From positions 21,576,001 to 21,640,000 of the forward strand of contig NC_043012.1 in the NCBI RefSeq assembly GCF_006345805.1: a DNA stretch of 64,000 bases, written 5' to 3'. The notes under the pieces are model-generated. The model had not been told where the DNA came from, made no database searches, and saw only the letters and a program-made list of their open reading frames with translations. A program made the translations under genes and the position numbers. Within the stretch, counting starts at the first letter, position 1, and the number at the start of each line of letters is the position of its first letter. This document shows, piece by piece, positions 1-12,239 of this stretch. The DNA is from Octopus sinensis (lineage: Eukaryota).

Positions 1-395
1 GGACATTAAAACAATGATGATGATGATGGTGATGAAGGCATTGGTCATGCTAAGGCTACAGTAGAAAACAATGTTCCCAAAGTGCAGTGCTGTGAGATGG
101 AACTCAGTACCATGTAGTTATAAAGTGAACTTCTTATCCACACAGCTTTGCCTATGCTTATAACTATAAGTTAAAAGTTTTCAAAAGCTCTGATATTCTA
201 TATTATTGTTTGCAGTTGAATTCTATTGAATATAAATCCCAAACTGTAATAATTCTCCCTTATGCTTTATTTCTGTATTTATAATTTAAATTTTCAAAAC
301 ACCTGAGCATTAAATGAACAGGTATTGAATGTTGTGATGATAGTAATCACAGCAACAGCCTTCATATAATGACTTTTTGTTTTCTATGACTTCAG

Positions 396-520
396 GTGCT
401 TGTTGATGTTCCTTGCAATACTGATAGACATGTTTTGCTAAGTGAAGATAACAACCTTTTCAAACCTGGCCGTATCGATGAAAGAGTCAGTCTGCCAGAA
501 CAGCAGAGAAATCTACTTGT
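396..520 (+). CDS. NSUN4: NSUN4 (NOL1/NOP2/Sun m5C RNA methyltransferase), penultimate coding exon
   Basis: Acceptor ttcag at 391-395 and donor gtaag at 521. Translates VLVDVPCNTDRHVLLSEDNNLFKPGRIDERVSLPEQQRNLL, with motif IV (DxPC). The phase-2 end joins 5288 in frame. Upstream exons lie outside the window. Confidence 0.92.
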
Positions 521-1451
521 GTAAGAAATTTCTGAATTGAACTTTTTTTTTTCCTTCATTATCTCTTTTCCATCTTTTCCTTAAATCACTTGTGACTTTC
601 ATCATCATTAACATCATCATTTCACATCCACTTTTCCATGCTTGTTTATAAACAACGAAGATGATGTATTTGTTAGTTACCTCTTTTCATCTTTCCAGAG
701 TTAGCTTCTTCTTAGCTCCCATCTTGGTTAAGTTTGGTCATCTTGCTCATAACCTCATCCCAATTCCTACCCACTTAGATGTCTTGCTGAGAGGAGAGGA
801 GAAGTGTAAGTGCTTCATGTGTAACTGCTCAGGTACAAACTGGATTTTTGAAATGTGCTAGTGAGGACTTGGACAAGCCATATTGCATTGTCCAGTTCAT
901 ATCTAGCTAGAGTATTTGTTGGGTCAGCAACTTCGGATAGCACATTGGCTCATAAAAGAATATTATGTTCATAGGTTTCACTGGTTGATTTCACAGACCA
1001 GAAGTTTGTGATTCGCATGGTTACCTTACGAAGAGACATAAACTGGTTGCTGGAACTCAAATGTGTTGTTTCTGACTTGGAAAGTCTACAGCAACCTGGA
1101 TTAAACAACTAATAAAAAAGAAGTTGATGGCAGTTATTAGCAACTGGTGATGAATCTTTGGACTACTATGCTTGGGGTAAAAATGGTTCTCAACTCAAAG
1201 CATAAAAGTTTGTGTGGCCAGAGCACAGAGTAAGATGATAGGCTGCAACTGTTTGGATGCTGGCAATCTGGAATGGCCGACTGGACAGTCAACCTATTTT
1301 AACAATCGTAGTTTTTAGCACTAGAGGCAAATACACGCACACACATGTATGTGCATGCAGAAATATACACCTACATATAGAAAGAGAGAGAAATTACAAT
1401 TGATTTAACAAGATCGACATAAACACTTTCCCTCTCCTCAAGCACATAAAG

Positions 1452-1630
1452 AGTTTAGCTTAATGGTAAAGCACTTGACACGTAATCACAGGGATGTGAG
1501 TTTGAGTCTTATGGCTGGCCGCCAACAGATTTTTCTGCAAAATATGGATAGTTTATCCTGTTTATGCTCTGTTATTAGCATTATCTTGCTTTTGAGAATA
1601 AAATTATTTCCTTATCTGTATCTTTCAATA
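1452..1630 (+). mobile_element. Old tRNA-headed SINE-like repeat, copy 1 (second diverged copy at 2137-2316)
   Basis: A-box-like TAGCTTAATGG and B-box-like GAGTTTGAGTC. About 180 bp aligns by eye with 2137-2316. Confidence 0.55.
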
Positions 1631-1713
1631 AATCTCAACGCTTCTAAAGCCAACTTTGTTTACTTTCAACGTAAGTTCAATTTAATGTACGATAGCGTCT
1701 TATAAAGCTAAAC

Positions 1714-2095
1714 TTCATCATCATCATCGTTTAACGTCCGTTTTCCACGCTAGCACGGGTTGGACGGTTCGACCGGGGTCTGGGAAGCCAGGGGCTGCAC
1801 CAGGATCCAGTCTTGATCTGGCAGTGTTTCTACAGCTGGATGCCCTTCCTAACGCCAACCACTCCGCAAGTGTAGTGGGTGCTTTTTATGTGCCACTTGC
1901 ACAGGTGCCAGGGGGGTCTGGCATCGGCCACGATCAGTTGGTGCTTTTAACGTGCCACTGGCACGGAAGCCAGCCAAGGCGGCGCTGGCATTGGCCACGT
2001 TCGGATGGTGCTTTTTATGTGCCACTGGCACAGAAGCCAGTCGAGGCGGCGCTGGCATCAGCCACGTTCTGATGGTGCTTTTTATGTGCCACCGG
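1714..2095 (-). mobile_element. Family D repeat (RTE 3' end/SINE tail with V-domain-like core) with internal ~67-bp tandem units
   Basis: On the minus strand: GGTTGGCGTTAGGAAGGGCATCCAGCTGTAGAAAC core and ...GGAAAACGGACGTTAAACGATGATGATG tail. Other copies at ~3590-3830, 6660-6840, 22720-22870, 23000-23210, 24990-25300, 25340-25585, 26730-26905, 29260-29550, 30272-31010, 32390-32730, 35870-36120. Confidence 0.8.
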
Positions 2096-2341
2096 CACTA
2101 TAACCTAAATTTGCCGAAGAATTTGTCGTTGGGGCAGTTTAGCTTAATGACAAAGCACTTGATGTGTAATCACAGAGATGTGAGTTTGAGTCTCGTAGCT
2201 GGCTGCAGACGGATATTTTCTGCAAAATATGGATATTTCATTCTGTTCATGTTATATTATTAGCATTATCCTGTGTTTGAGAATAAAATTATTTCCTTAT
2301 CTGTATCTTACATAAAGAGAAATATGTTCATAGAGGGAGAG

Positions 2342-2726
2342 TGGAGGCGCAATGGCCCAGTGGTTAGGGCAGCGGACTCGCGGTCGTAGGATCGCGGTTT
2401 CGATTCCCAGACCGGGCGTTGTGAGTGTTTATTGAGCGAAAACACCTAAAGCTCCACGAGGCTCCGGCAGGGCATGGTGGTGATCCCTGCTGTACTCTTT
2501 CACCACAACTTTCTCTCACTCTTACTTCCTGTTTCTGTTGTACCTGTACTTCAAAGGGCTGGCCTTGTCACTCTCTGTGTCACGCTAAATATCCCCGAGA
2601 ACTACGTTAAGGGTACACGTGTCTGTGGAGTGCTCAGCCACTTACACGTTAATTTCACGAGCAGGCTGTTCCGTTGGTCGGATCAACCGGAACCCTCATC
2701 GTCGTAACCAACGGAGTGCTTCCATC
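2342..2726 (+). mobile_element. tRNA-derived SINE family C, full length
   Basis: A box TGGCCCAGTGG, B box GTTTCGATTCC, 13-bp TSD CATAGAGGGAGAG (2329-2341 / 2727-2739). Near-identical copies elsewhere in the window. Confidence 0.92.
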
Positions 2727-4389
2727 CATAGAGGGAGAGAGAAAATGAGAGAAACATTAACCTTTTAGCATTCAGATTTCTCTGTCAAATGTAACACTTA
2801 TTGTTTTAAATCAATCATGCATTATCTTGTAGTTTTGAGATTTTGATGATGTGATTGAATATTTTTTAGTTCGGCAATGTAGGCTAAGTGTGAGAGGCTG
2901 GATGTAGCTGGTATGAACATAAAAACAGGTAAAATACTTTGGCGAGATATGGCCAATTGAATCAGTGATGCCAGATAGACAGGACCAAAGCATCTCACGC
3001 CCACCTGAGCTAAAGTTCATGCCTTTAGAATCAAAGGAGCCAAAGCTTCTTGTTGAACCTAAGTGATTTAAGCATGAAATAGAAACGAATCCAGAATTAG
3101 GTCTTTGACAAGCCAGAATGGGTGTGTGTGTGGGTGCTAGTTGATTCTAGGCATAGCAGTACATTGTATAACTGTGGGTAGGAGGAAATGGAGATTTTGG
3201 TGCTTGCTGTGGCTCTTAGTAGGAGAAAGGAAAAATTGTGAAGAATCAAAAATGGCAGATGGAATACTGTTGGTAGTGAGTCATTGAGGAAGGAGTGAAT
3301 TGTGTGGTAATTCACTGCTTAAGAACACAAATAAGGGGATTGTTATCATCAAGAATTTCCAGTCCATAACTCTATTTTGATTTTGTGGGAAGAAAACAGG
3401 AAAACTGAAAACTTGGAGGAATTCTAAGAATTCTTTACATTGGAGTAACATTTAGAAAATTGGTAATTTCTGGAATCTCTGTGTTCTGCACCCATGGTAA
3501 CAGTGATGGCATGTCTTTTCATTTCTTGTGTCAACATTTTGTCTGCCATGAGAGATCTACAAAGCATTGAGTCCACACTGTAAAGTGGTTGGCATTCAGA
3601 AAGGCCCTTCCAGCTATAAAACCCATGCCAAAACTGACCTCGCATGTGCTTGTGCCACGTAAAAAGCATTCAGCCCACTCTGCAAAGTGGTTGGTGTTAG
3701 GAAGGGCATCCAGCCATAAAAACCCTGCCAAAATAGACATTGAAGTTTGGTACAATCTTCTGCCTGGTCAGCTCCTGTCAAACCATCCAACCCATGGAAG
3801 GTGGACGTTAAACTGATGATGATGATGAGAGTAACATACTAATAATTGAGAGTCCTCACACCCTCTCATTATATACAACAGGCTTCTTTCAGTTTCCATC
3901 TATCCATTTGCAAGGCTTCGATAGGTCAGGGGTTGAAATAGGATTGAACCTGCAGCCATGTGGTTGCAACAGAAAAAAAAACTTCTTAATCAAACAACCA
4001 TCATACATATCAGATACTGACAAAAAGCATAACCTTGTAGTTAAGAAGTTCCCTTTACAACCATATGGTTATGGGTTCAGTCCCACTCTGTACCACCTTA
4101 ACCCTTTCATTACTGTATTTATTTTGAGATGCTCTGTGTTTCTTTCAATTACTTTAAATATAACACAGAATTTAGTACAATAACTTAGTTATCATTCATC
4201 TACTGTTAGGAACATAAATTGTGACTAAGGTTTGGTGAAAGATTTTAATTCAAGACTTATGAAAACAAGATATTTGTACTCAGAGCCAGAGCCAGTTTCA
4301 GCCAGGTTGCTAATGAAAGGGTTAAGCAAGTGTCTTCTGTTATAGTCCTGGGGCTGATGTACAGTAAAGCACAAAACAGAAATTAAAGA

Positions 4390-4810
4390 TGCATTTGTGC
4401 AGTCATGTCTGCACGGTTAAGATGCTGGCTCCCCAACCACATGGTTTCTAGTTCAATTCCACTGCAAGGGATCTTGGGCAAGAATCTTCTACCAAAATCT
4501 CACATTGATCAAAGCCTTGTAAGTGGATTTGGTTAATGGGAATTGTGTGTGTGTGTATGTGAGAGAGAGAATGTGTTTGTATATCTTTGTCTTGACATCT
4601 TGTGATAGTTGTTAAGGATTGTCACTGCCATACAAGCAGTGGCATTCGTTTCCACTATTCCGTGTAAACATGTCTGGCCTTGAAGCAATATTACCTTGCT
4701 TGGAAAGAGGTTAGGGTTTGGCAACAGGAGGAACATCCAGCCATAGAAAATCTGCCTCAATAAACTCTATCTAATCCATGCAAGAATGGTAAAATGAACA
4801 TTAGAAATAT
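4390..4810 (+). mobile_element. Decayed SINE: family B tRNA+CORE-like head joined to a family D-type tail
   Basis: Head similar to 51183-51330 (CTTGGGCAAG..TCTTCTAC CORE-like block), then a (TG)n spacer, then GGCAACAGGAGGAACATCCAGCC and a ..CATGCAAGAATGG..ACATTA tail. Confidence 0.6.
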
Positions 4811-5287
4811 GAAAAGCAAAACATAGTTGATAACAACACAACCATGTTTTTTTTGTGTGTGTGTGAGTGTGTGTGCATGCATTTAAGTATGTGTGTAGCC
4901 CCTTGTGAGCAGTAAAGAAATAGGTATTTCATCTGCTGCTACGTTCTGAGTTCAAACTCCGTTGAGGTCGACAGTGCCTTTCATCGTTTCGGGGTTGATA
5001 AATTAAGTAACAGTGAAACACTGGTGTCGATGAAATCGACAAGTCCCCTCCCCCAAAATTTCAGGCCTTGTGCCTATAGTAGAAAAGATTATTATTATTA
5101 TTGAATGAGAGAGCATTCAATAATGTAAATAAAATTTTATTCTTTTCCATCAGACATACTCCCCACCCTTAAATAAACCAAAGAAGACCATTGTATAATA
5201 TTTTTGTCTGCATATTGATAATTTAGACATTAGAGTTGAATATATATATATATATTTTTTTTATTTTGGTTTTATTTTCTTTGTCAG

Positions 5288-5564
5288 GTCTGGAATTAAA
5301 AGTTGCAGGCCTGGAGGATCTGTTGTCTATTCTACTTGTACATTGTCATTTGCTCAAAACGATGGTGTTATTCAAAGTGCCTATGACTATCTTATGCAGA
5401 ATTCAAATATTGACATTGTAGTGGAAGACCTTCAGCCTCTATTTAGTTGCTTCAGAGACACTTTCTCATTTTATCGTGGCACCAGATTTGGAGAATTAGT
5501 TCTTCCTAGTCTTTCTTCAAACTTTGGGCCAATGTATATATGTAAAATAAAAAGACTTTCATAA
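5288..5564 (+). CDS. NSUN4: NSUN4 terminal coding exon
   Basis: Acceptor tgtcag at 5282-5287. Translates (V)SGIKSCRPGGSVVYSTCTLSFAQNDGVIQ...GELVLPSLSSNFGPMYICKIKRLS*, with catalytic motif VI (YSTC). The C-terminal GELVxPxLxxNFGPMYxCKxxR matches NSUN4 as recalled. Confidence 0.93.
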
Positions 5565-5643
5565 CTGCTTTTTTAACTAAATTGCTTTCTCAATTTTTGT
5601 TGTCTTTTTTTAAAATTTATGATTATTATTATTATTATTATTA

Positions 5644-6055
5644 AGGCGGCGAGCTGGCCAAATCATTAGCACGCCGGGCAAAATGCTTAATGGTATTTCG
5701 TCTGCCGCTATGTTCTGAGTTCAAATTCCGCCGAGATCAACTTTGCCTTCCATCCTTGTGGGGTCGATTAAATAAGTACCAATTAAGCACTGGGGTCGAT
5801 ATAATCAACTTAATCCATTTGTCTGTCCTTGTTTGTCCCCTCTGTGTGTAGCCCCTTGTGGGCAGTAAAGAAATAGGTATTTCATCTGCTACTACGTTCT
5901 GAGTTCAAATTCCGCTGAGGTCCACAGTGCCTTTCATCCTTTCGGGGTCGATAAATTAAGTAACAGTGAAACACTGGTGTCTATAAAATCGACAAGTCCC
6001 CTCCCTCAAAATTTCAGGCCTTGTGCCTATAGTAGAAAGGATTATTATTATTATT
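5644..6055 (+). mobile_element. SINE family A, tandem (head + repeated core units)
   Basis: GGCGGCGAGCTGGC head and GTTCAAATTCC B box, with the core GACTTTGCCTTTCATCCTTTCGGGGTCGATAAATTAAGTACC repeated. Lies ~80 nt after the NSUN4 stop. Related copies at ~4890-5100, 15060-15975, 16281-16692, 19886-20015, 22172-22400, 26385-26575, 26977-27175, 32780-33200, 36388-36615, 44858-45090, 53985-54203, 55226-55800, 57271-57480, 59836-60240, 62941-63150. Confidence 0.88.
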
Positions 6056-6059
6056 GAAT

Positions 6060-6510
6060 GGGAGAGCAGTGCATGCTGTCAAAGTGATACTGGGATAAAA
6101 TATATGAAGCCCAGTATACCCATCATGACTACCCTTCTGATAAGGATATATCACATACATCACAACCATATGTGCGCAACATAGTGATCTCATATCAAGA
6201 TAAACAGCACATGACTTTGCAGGTGGGGCCCAGTTAGAATTTGTTCAGGTCAAGTAGCCCATCCCACTCAAAAGGTCCCTGATTAAGGGTTGTTTAAGGA
6301 TGTTGAACAAAACACCCATGTCTCCAAAGGTGAATTATTCAAACCCCGAAGAATTCCTTTCAACACACGGCTATGATGCTCCCCCACTACTTCTGCTCGT
6401 GGTCAGAGATGCACATATCGTCAGCCACTAAGGGACATGCTCAACTGGTTAAGGTCAAACAAGTGACAAGCAAATCTGTGGTATTGAGCAAAATATTTAC
6501 TGTAGCACAT
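6060..6510. repeat. Unclassified interspersed repeat (partial second copy at ~59390-59560)
   Basis: The block GCTATGA.GCTC..CCACTAC...CCACTAAG....ATGCTCAA.TGGTTAAGGTCAA...TGACAAGCAAA.TCTGTGGTATTGA is shared by both loci. Confidence 0.6.
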
Positions 6511-7089
6511 TTTTTTATACCAAGACAAAACAATGTACATGATAACACTTCCAATCAGTTAAGATCAGAAGCCACTGCCGGGTACTACATCAGGGCATTT
6601 ATTATTATTATTATTGTTGTTGTTTGTGTTTTTTGTATCTCCTTGTTTGAGAATGTGTGCTAGTTGTAAATGAATGTCATTCACTTCCCATGTCTGGACA
6701 TGGAGAAATATTACATTACCTGAAAGCATGTGCAGGTTGGCAACAGGAAAAGCATCCAGCCGTAGACTATCTGCCTCAATAAACTCTGTCCCACCCATGC
6801 AAGCATGGAAAAGTGGACGTTAGAGCGATGATGATGATGATGGACCTGAAAATAAGACCACATTGTTGAACTACTACCAGTGGTTAGAAGTGCTTAGAAC
6901 AATGATAGTTACTGCAAATGAGCTTGGAGGAATTGCTAATTAAAAACCCATCAAAATATCTACTTTGAGCCAGATCTAGATAAACTTGGACAATATGCAA
7001 CACCCCTAACAGGCAATGAGCCTCTAATCATGTTGTCTGATGTCCTATATTTTCGGTGCTTGTATACACCTTCCATTAAATATTGCATG

Positions 7090-7440
7090 AAGATGAAATC
7101 AATGTTTCAGTCAGTTGACTGCAGCCATGCTGGAGCACCACCTTTAGTTGAACAAATCGATCCCAGAACTTATTCTTTGTAACCCTAATACTTATTCTAT
7201 CGGTCTCTTTGCCGAACCTCTAAGTTACGGGGACATAAACACACCGGCATCGGTTGTCAAGCGATGTTGTGTGGGGACAAACACATATACATATATATAT
7301 ATATATATATATACCACATCCACTCACAAGGCTTTGGTCAGCCCAAGGCTATAGTAGAAGACACTTTCCCAAGGTGCCACACAGTGGTACTGAACCCGGA
7401 ACTATGTGGTTGGTAAACAAGCTACTTACCACACAGCCAC
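7090..7440 (-). mobile_element. SINE family B (tRNA + CORE-like head, (TA/CA)n spacer, GGCGGTGCTCCAGCATGGCCGCAGTC tail)
   Basis: Same architecture as copies at ~10830-11200, 31885-32290, 34745-35165 and 37575-37965 (all minus), and as partial copies at 34330-34465, 44230-44490, 45670-45960, 51183-51330, 51690-51780 and 52005-52225. Confidence 0.85.
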
Positions 7441-7676
7441 GACTTCCTAGTTCTTTTTTTTTCTCTAACATGGACACCATTGGTGATGGAAAGACAAATA
7501 AGCGCCAATGAAATATTAAATTGAGGAATCTTATTACATAAAAGAGGGCAGTTGCATCGAACTCCATCCTTCACCAAAAACCGCTCCGACAAAGGGGGAA
7601 AGTGGAAAGATGATTACAATGGCGGTGCTCCAGCGTGGCCACAGTCATTGGGCTGAAATATATAAAAGAATAATTT

Positions 7677-8067
7677 GGATCTTTTCGGTTTGAACGGCAG
7701 TTTTTTCTAGCGGTGTCATATGAAATTGTCACCCATAATTATGACCCTATTGCATTTCAATCTCTTTTAGGGTGGGGGAAGGGTATCTTTTTTTCTTCAG
7801 AAATGTAAATAAACCCAATCTGTTTCTTAAACGAGGGACATATTCATACGGCACAGAATGATTTTTAACTGAATAGACGTCACTGATTGGTTGAAATTAC
7901 AGAAATTGAAGAAAAAAACAACAAATATCTTACAAACTATATAATTTTCTCAACAAAGCCAAGAAAAAAAGATGTTTTATAAACACATTCTACCAGTATA
8001 CAAAGTTTAAAATTTTTTAGTTACCTAGAAATTATGTTAAAAACTGCCGTTCAAACTGAAAAGATCC
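7677..8067 (+). mobile_element. MITE with ~30-bp TIRs and 8-bp TSD (Merlin-type termini GG..CC), copy 1
   Basis: TIR GGATCTTTTCGGTTTGAACGGCAGTTTTT / AAAAACTGCCGTTCAAACTGAAAAGATCC. Flanks AATAATTT / AATACTTT (7 of 8 identical). The Merlin assignment is inferred from the termini and TSD length. Confidence 0.85.
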
Positions 8068-8713
8068 AATACTTTTTAAGTTTACCAATGCTTTTGAAAT
8101 TTAAGAAACAATAATGTTGTTATTTATTTGAATTTTTGTTACAAATCACAGGAACATAAAATTTACTGAAATCTTATGATTACAAGATTTTGTTGTCAAT
8201 ACTGAAATATTTTTCAGTTTACTTTTCTATTCAAATTTGATCATTCATAATTATTTAATCTCTTTTATTTCTAATGAAATTAATTATTTAATACGATTTG
8301 CCCCTTAACACGGCAAAATTAAAAAAAAAATTATCTGGAGGCAGAATGCTTATAATGAAAATTATTTTTCTTACCATCTCTATAACTTCAAGGGAGGGAA
8401 CTCTGGCAGTTCTCTTTCGGTGCTTTTTAAGCGTTGTCATATTTGACTTGGTATCTGGTCCCTAAAATCAAATATTGACAAGGATGCTAAATGAGTGAAG
8501 AATTTTAGGAAATTTAAGGCTTCGCATAATGAAATAACGATTTTTGTACGGTAAACATTGAGAAGAATGATTTAGAACTATCAGACTGGTACAAGTAACA
8601 TTCAACAACTTGAAAATTGTGAGTTTGGCAATTTGGTACAATACGTCTTAGTTGATATGGTACTAGTCTACGAGCAAGCAGGTTCTGAGTTCTTATCCAC
8701 TGTAGGCAATCTG

Positions 8714-9108
8714 GGATCTTTTTGGTTTGAACGGCCTTTTTTTAAAATAATTTCCACGTAACTAAACACTTTTAAACTTCGTATACTGGTAGAATGTGTT
8801 TATAAAACATCTTTTTCTCTTGGCTTTATTGAGAAAATTCTATAGTTTGTAAGATATTTGTTGTTTTTTTCTTCAATTTCTGCTATTTCAACCGATCAAC
8901 GACGTCTATTGAGGTGTCGTATGAATATGTCCCTTGTTTAAGAACAGATAGGGTTAATTTACATTTCTGAAGAAAAAAAGATACCCTTCCCCCCACCCTA
9001 ACCCTAAAACAGATTGAAATGCAATAGATCGACACTAGGGTCATAATTATAGGTGACAATTTCATATGATACTGCTAGAAAAAACTGCCGTTCAAACCGA
9101 AAAGATCC
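8714..9108 (-). mobile_element. Same MITE family, copy 2 (opposite orientation)
   Basis: Same TIRs. Flanks GCAATCTG (8706-8713) / GCGATCTG (9109-9116). Confidence 0.85.
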
Positions 9109-11514
9109 GCGATCTGTTTTGATAAACTTGAGAGATATAATTAAATATAAATAAAGAATTTTGAACTTATTTCATTCCACAAATGCCTTTGGGAAAGACA
9201 TGAATATTACGACACGAACATTATTCCAATTGTCTTTATTCAAATTTTGATGTAGTGCTTGATATTAGTTCTCATCAGATATTCGTTTTTGTCATTCTTA
9301 TTCCTATAGTCATTATTCTGCATCCCCGGGGATTCATGGCAGATGGAGTAAAGTATCAGGCGAAATACGTGTTTAATGCCCTTGGGAGGCGTGTGGACGA
9401 ATACACATTTTCAGTTGTCTCACTTTCGGTCTCTGTCGTTAAAAAAAAAAAAGGCAGAAAGCAGAAAGTTGATGGAGCGCAGTACTAGATTGCTTATTTG
9501 TTGCAAAGAAAGAAAAGAAGTAGAGGAAAAGTTATTGTAATCGAACTAAAGCAGCTTGTTGATAGAGCGCCGGATTAAATGGCTTGCTTAGTGTTCTGAG
9601 CCATTTTTCATCTCTATCAAACTTTTCCTTCTTCATAGACAAAGGAAATCATAGATATTATATATATAAATATGTGAGTCCGTGTGTATAATGAATCCTC
9701 TTGCGTATTTTCGCTCATTGGTTCTGAATATTTCCAATTCGTTCATCTCTGAGTTAAAGTGGACTTGTCATCCTTCCTCCTCAAAATACAGACTCTTGAT
9801 ACGTGGTCAAAATAAATCAGGCTGTTCGTGAGGGATGTCCACTCGGTATTATTTTGGCGTGTGATCTACAAGGGAGATTACTTTAGGTTACTTTTTTTAA
9901 TTGTACATACTTAGCATTGTAAAAGTATTTTTTTTCTAAATTCTTACAATTTTAATAAAAAAAACAAACTATATAATTATTACAATAAGTGCGTAGATCA
10001 CCCACGAAAGTAAATGTGCTGACGTAGATCACATGGAAAGTAGCACAAACACAAAGTAAACTAAAAAGTAACCTCAAGTAATCTCCCTTTAAATTGCAGA
10101 TCACACACCAAAGTGGCACCTTTCTTTTTCTTAAGAAATGATGTGAATCTGCTGCTGGTTTCTTGTAAAAACGCAACTGCCTTCGTCTCGTCGCTGATTA
10201 CATTGTAAAAATCTTTTACCAGCATCTTATGGGTTTTTAGAAATCGAAGAGTAACCAAAAGTAATCTTCCTTGTAGAAAGCACCAAAATAACATCGTTCA
10301 TTCTCTGTATGAAGTCAGTTTGTTTAGGTTTTTCTCATTAAGATAAAAGAAAGAATACTTTTCAATCATATGTTCTCTCCTACACGTTTTACACCCGAGA
10401 GGGGAAGATTTAACGTCTGTGCTGTCTTGATTCTATACTTTGTATCCTGTATGGAGTCCAATGAAGCGAATTCGGGATTTACCTCTGCAAATGTAACGAT
10501 GTCCATAAGCAATTCCTTTTAAACACAACGAACAACCGGCAGTGAGACTGTTTTTAGCAGATCCCCAAATAGGGCTCATGGCAGGCAGTGGATTAAAGCA
10601 TTATTCTCATCAAATTTCAATCCGACACGTGTTTCTGCTGGATGAGGGTATGTGCATTTTTTAAAAAATATTAAGTCAATTGCATTGTCCTATTCATGCA
10701 AAGGTTGGCATTCTTATGCAGCTATGTTCAAGGTGCTACCCATACGGGTGGGTGAATCGGGTATAGATAAAACTTTGAACACAGCTGCACAGGAAGGTCA
10801 ACCTTTTCATGAGTACAGATCTCTTTTACTTGTTTCAGTCACTTTGACTGCAGCCATGCTGGAGCACCGCCTTTAGTCGAGCAAATCGACCCCAGAACTT
10901 ATTCTTCGTAAGCCTAGTACTTATTCAATCGGTCTCTTTTGCCGAACCGCTAAGTTACGGGGACGTAAACACACCATCATCGGTTGTCAAGCGATGGATA
11001 CACACACACACACACACACAAGCGTATATATATATACGACGGGCTTCTTTCAGTTTCCGTCAATCAAATCAATTCACAAAGCTTTGGTCAGCCCGAGGCG
11101 ATATTAGAAGACATTTGCCCAAGGTGCCAGGCAATGGGACTGAACCCGGAACCATGCGATTGGTAAGCAAGCTACTTACCACACAGCCACTCCTGCGCCT
11201 GTATTAATTCTACAGAATGCACATAACAGCTACATCAACTAGATTACAGGAGACTTGGACACGTGTCGGATTGGAATTTGATGAGAATAATTCTTAATAA
11301 TTAAATTATAAAGATGGATGATTTTCTGTTCTTCTTTATGATATGTGTGTGTGTGTGTGTGTGTGTGTGAGTTTAGAAGGATACATTATCCGAGTGGATA
11401 CTTGGTAGTTCCCAGTTACGTTCCGGGTCACAGTTGTTTGAGATTGTATAATAAAAGGAAATAAATTTTGAGGATTGTTCCAATCTGCGTATTCTTTATC
11501 GTTATAATTACTGT

Positions 11515-11966
11515 TTATGTATGCATGTGTACGTGTGCGTGTATGTATGTATGTATGTATGTATGTATGTATGTATGTATGTATGTATGTATGTATGTAT
11601 GTATGTATGTGTGTATGTATGTCTGTCTGTCTGTATGTATGTATGTATGTATATATGTGTGTATGTATGTATGTATGTATGTATGTATGTATGCATGCAT
11701 GTATCTATGTATGTATATATGTATGTATGTGTGTATGTATGTATATATGTATGCATGTATGCATCCATGTATATATGTATGCATGTATGTATGCATGTGT
11801 GTGTATGTATGTATGTATGTATGTATGTATGTATGCATGCATGTATGTATGTATGCATGTATATATGTATGCATGTATGTATGCATGTATATATGTATGC
11901 ATGTATGTATGCATGTATATATGTATGCATGTATGTATGTATGTATGTATGTATGTATGTATGTAC
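11515..11966. repeat. (TATG)n compound microsatellite
   Basis: Direct reading. Explains the spurious MYVC/HTYI ORFs. Confidence 0.98.
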
Positions 11967-12239
11967 ACACATACATAGACGCATACTGGAACCATGTGGT
12001 TCCTTCACGTTTTGGGTTCAAATACCGCCGGTGTCAACTTTGGTTTTTAACCTTTCGGGGTCGATAAAATAAGTGCCCGCCAAGGCTGATTTTTATGAAG
12101 ACTATTTGTTCGGCAATTTCCGTAAATATTTTTTATTTCTTTAACATTTTTTTCAGCTGAATCCTCTGTTTATGTAATTTTTGTGTATGTATGTACGCGT
12201 GCGTATGTATGTCAGGTCGTTGTTGGGCGTTACTGGTAG

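Noticed and set aside
1000-1300. Very decayed Tc1/mariner-like remnant (NxLDYYAWG-like string near 1155)
   Set aside because: Only one motif is legible; there are no termini.
11468-12072. Long MYVC/HTYI-repeat ORFs (also 49399-50333, 23409-23793, 60449-60979, 45722-45994)
   Set aside because: They are translations of microsatellites that happen to lack stops; not genes.
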